From positions 22,692,001-22,756,000 of the forward strand of contig NC_043022.1 in the NCBI RefSeq assembly GCF_006345805.1: 64,000 nucleotides of DNA. Direction: 5' to 3'. Source of the stretch: Octopus sinensis (lineage: Eukaryota). The position numbers and the translations under genes are program-made. Below the pieces are notes generated by a model, which saw only the letters and a list, made by a program, of their open reading frames with translations, did no database searches and was not told the origin of the DNA. Of the stretch, positions 60,811 to 64,000 are shown piece by piece; the first letter of the stretch is position 1; each line of letters starts with the position of its first letter.

Positions 60811-61723
60811 TATATTAGTTTCAAATTTTAGCACAATGCCAGCAAGTTCTGAAGATTACATCAATCCCAGTGTTCAACTGGTACTTATTTTATTGACCCC
60901 GAAAGGATGAAAGGCAAAGTCGATCTCGGTAGATTAGAACGTAAAGACGTTCTGGGTTCGGTCCCACTGTGTAGCGCGTGTCTTTCTACTATCGCCTCGG
61001 GATGACTAAAGCCTTGTGAGGGGGTTTGGTAGATAGAAACTGAAGAAACCCATTGTATAAGAAACATCTTTTGCGGGTAACAACTGAAATAAATCCATCG
61101 TATAAGCATTTTGCCCGGCGTGTCAGCTCGCCGCCTTAACAACAGCAACAATAATAATAATGGTTTTAAATTTTGCCGCAAGGGCAGCCATTTTGGGGGG
61201 AGGGGATGAATCGATTACATCAACCCCAGTACTCTCCTATACCACAGGCCATTCATCAATACATCAAGCTGTTCCTTAACTAAGGAGACAAAAAAAAATC
61301 GCCAGATTTAGCCCAACACGCACATTATTATTAGTAGTAGTATTGGTTCAACATCTATAGATATCCGTTACATTACACTATATCATTAACAACAACAACA
61401 ACAAAAAAAAAGAAAAGAAAAACAACACAGTAAACGCAAAAGTAATTTACTATAATAAAGAAGGCCTCCCACACATCACCGTGTTATAAATTTTCTTCCT
61501 GTGATGAGAAAAATGAATTACTTTTGTGTTGCTCATGAATGTATATTTGTCTCTCTTTGTTGCTTCTCTATTGAAATACCAAAACAAACAATTACCTCAC
61601 AACGGTAGATAAATTAGTGGACATCAATGAAAAACTATGAAACAATGACGGCTTCTTTCCTATATTATTCATGCAGTGTACTTTTAAACACATCATCTTT
61701 TTCAGATGAGGATATGTATGACC

Positions 61724-62012
61724 CAGTGTACTTTTAAACACATAAGAGATGGCCATAATCGGACATTTGAACTGCTAGAAGGAGTAGTTATAATCCAAAA
61801 CCACAATTAGGGGTTTGGAATTTTAACTACTCCTTCTAGCAGTCTTTACGTTCTAATCTACCGAGATCGACTTTGCCTTTCATCCTTTCGGGGTCAATAA
61901 AATAAGTACCAGTTGAACACTGGGATTGATGTAATCTTCAGAACTTGCTGGCATTGTGCTAAAATTTGAAACTAATATTACGGCCATCTCTTATGTGTTT
62001 AAAAGTACACTG
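61724..62012. mobile_element. CAGTG-ended MITE with an internal inverted repeat and a SINE fragment insertion
   Basis: TIR CAGTGTACTTTTAAACACATAAGAGATGGCC; internal ACTGCTAGAAGGAGTAGTTA inverted pair. Confidence 0.65.
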
Positions 62013-62117
62013 TATATGTAAGAGTTATATATATATATATATTTATATATATAAACGCCATGATAGATCGTTAGCTCCTACACGCATTTTTCTCTCTCCT
62101 TGATTTTTTTCTGTGTA

Positions 62118-62155
62118 TCTTTCTGTAGAAGAGCGTAGGCACGAAACGTAAAAGA
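62118..62155 (+). ncRNA. Degenerate minimal hammerhead motif, family 3
   Basis: UCUUU CUGUAGA A GAGC GUAG GCAC GAA ACGU A AAAGA; one core mismatch and one stem II mismatch. Confidence 0.5.
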
Positions 62156-62273
62156 CTTTTTCTATTCCTGAGCGCTATACTAATACATTTGTTTGTTTGT
62201 ACTCTACCTGTCTTCGTCTTTTGTTTATTTTCGTAAACCTTCCCGTTTTATATATATATATATATAATATATA

Positions 62274-62333
<60 letters not shown>

Positions 62334-62852
62334 CAGTGGTATATATACAGTGTATATATATATACAGATTGAAGAGATCTGCCACCCGATGACAATTGGC
62401 CCCCTGCGCCATCAGAATCTATATATGGGGGGGGGGGGCATGTTAGTATCTAAGGGCCCCATTCCCTCAAGTTATAGAATTTTTTATTCACTCCTGGAAG
62501 AATGCATTAATTATTTCAGCCTGGCTGTGTTTGCAGACAGTTGAAAAGAATACTTGAAATAATAATAATTAAATGATAGCATTGTAGTTGCGAGAGGGCT
62601 CCCTTAAGTCTCCTGACAACCAATATTTTTAGACCCATATATATATCGAGAGAAAAAAAAGTCGTCAGAATTTTGGAAAAAAATCCTTTTATTTCTTCAT
62701 TATTATTAGCGCTTTTGTTCCTTTCTTGAACTTGTCAAATGCAAATTGTATTTGACAATTTCTAGAGAGAAACGAAAGCGCTAAGAAATAAAAGGACTTT
62801 TTTTTCTCAATATTCAATTTTGTACACCACACCTAACACTCTTTCTCTCTCC

Positions 62853-62910
<58 letters not shown>

Positions 62911-63086
62911 TATATATATAAAAAGCAATAAAGATTCAAGTTAATTTAAATGAATTTACTTGAATATGGTACCTAACTTAGATGCACAAAAAAAAACTAT
63001 ACTGTTTTAACAATACAGTAATGTGGGGTGATTATAAGCGAGAAAGAAGCAACAAGAATGGATAGGTTTTTAGTACAATCGTAGTA

Positions 63087-63177
63087 TTTTAGCTGATGAG
63101 TACGGGACACGTTTATATGCTGTAATTTTTGCAACTTTTAATAAAGCCTGTCCTTGTATGAAACGATTGTACTAAAA
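63087..63177 (+). ncRNA. Type I hammerhead ribozyme motif with extended stem II
   Basis: UUUUAG CUGAUGA GUACGGGACA...UGUCCUUGUAU GAA AC GAUU GU A CUAAAA; all core bases intact, GUA triplet. Confidence 0.72.
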
Positions 63178-63215
63178 ACCTATCCATTCTTGTTGCTTCT
63201 TTCTCGCGTATATAT

Positions 63216-63245
<30 letters not shown>

Positions 63246-63246
<1 letters not shown>

Positions 63247-63448
63247 CAGTGCTTTTCAAACTTTTTGCTGGAGCGGAACCCCAAGGAAACATTCCACTGG
63301 CTCGAGGAACCCCTGTGCAATAATCTAATAGTCTTATGCACACATATCTGCACAGGAGAATTAGAAATTACTGCCGATTTTAGCAGTTTTGTATCTTCTT
63401 GCAGAACCCCAGGACTCTACTGGCGGAACCCTGGTTGAAAACCACTGA
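63246..63448. mobile_element. hAT-like MITE in (TA)n
   Basis: CAGTGCTTTTCAA ... TTGAAAACCACTG termini. Confidence 0.6.
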
Positions 63449-64000
63449 TATATATATATATATGTTAGAAGTATTGGGGGTGATGTACAGATTTAATACA
63501 CATGAAAGAAAAAAGGTGTTCAGGATGCTGGATATTTATTTACATATCTCATATTATTTCTTCATATTAGCGCTTTCAACTACTCCCAGAAATGTCAGTT
63601 TGGAGAGTTTTGCCTGTATTTATATTATTGGTAAATGAAGTGGGGAGAGAGAAAGTGTGTGTGTGTGTGTGTGTATAATGGGGAATAGAGGGAGGGAGAA
63701 GGTGAAAGAGAGAGACAGAGAGAGAGAGGGAGTGATAGGGAGATGGAGAAGGTGAAAGAGAGAGAATATGGGTGTATGTGTTTTAAAACTGTGTGTATTT
63801 CTCTCTTTGTGTATGTATATGCAGTGAATGGTTATGGAGGTCAGTCGGCGTAAGGTAGGAATCAAAGGAGTCCGTATGTAAAAAAAAATGGTTGAGAACC
63901 ACTGGACTAATCTTGTTAAGATGGATCCCGAGCATGGCCGCAATCCAATGACTGAAACAAATAAAAGGTAAAACATATGCATATATGGTGATTGCCACTT

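Overview
AT-rich, microsatellite-dense animal genomic DNA. The repeat landscape suggests a coleoid cephalopod such as Octopus; this is an inference, not a database match. One large minus-strand gene dominates: an FHAD1 orthologue (N-terminal FHA domain followed by a long coiled coil). I reconstructed it by hand as 19 well-supported coding exons with GT-AG boundaries and consistent intron phases (ATG at 52904 to 4374, 1093 codons), plus a probable 20th exon at 299-353, so the gene likely continues off the left edge. A candidate RFX-type promoter and non-coding first exon lie near 54.7-54.95 kb. The introns are filled with mobile-element debris: tRNA-derived SINEs, RTE/Tx1/CR1 LINE fragments, a Helitron Pif1-like helicase remnant plus non-autonomous Helitrons, mariner and Tc1 fossils, and GG-ended MITEs that carry TTAGGG repeats. 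The most interesting signal is a set of at least four or five unrelated short non-coding repeat families, each carrying a minimal Penelope/retrozyme-type hammerhead ribozyme fold. Three of them sit in inverted-repeat arrangements: a tRNA-headed inverted dimer at 5461-6066, a core-variant hairpin at 9609-9822, and an intact hammerhead with a 45-bp antisense arm at 63038-63207. All annotation is by eye, and repeat boundaries are approximate unless stated otherwise.
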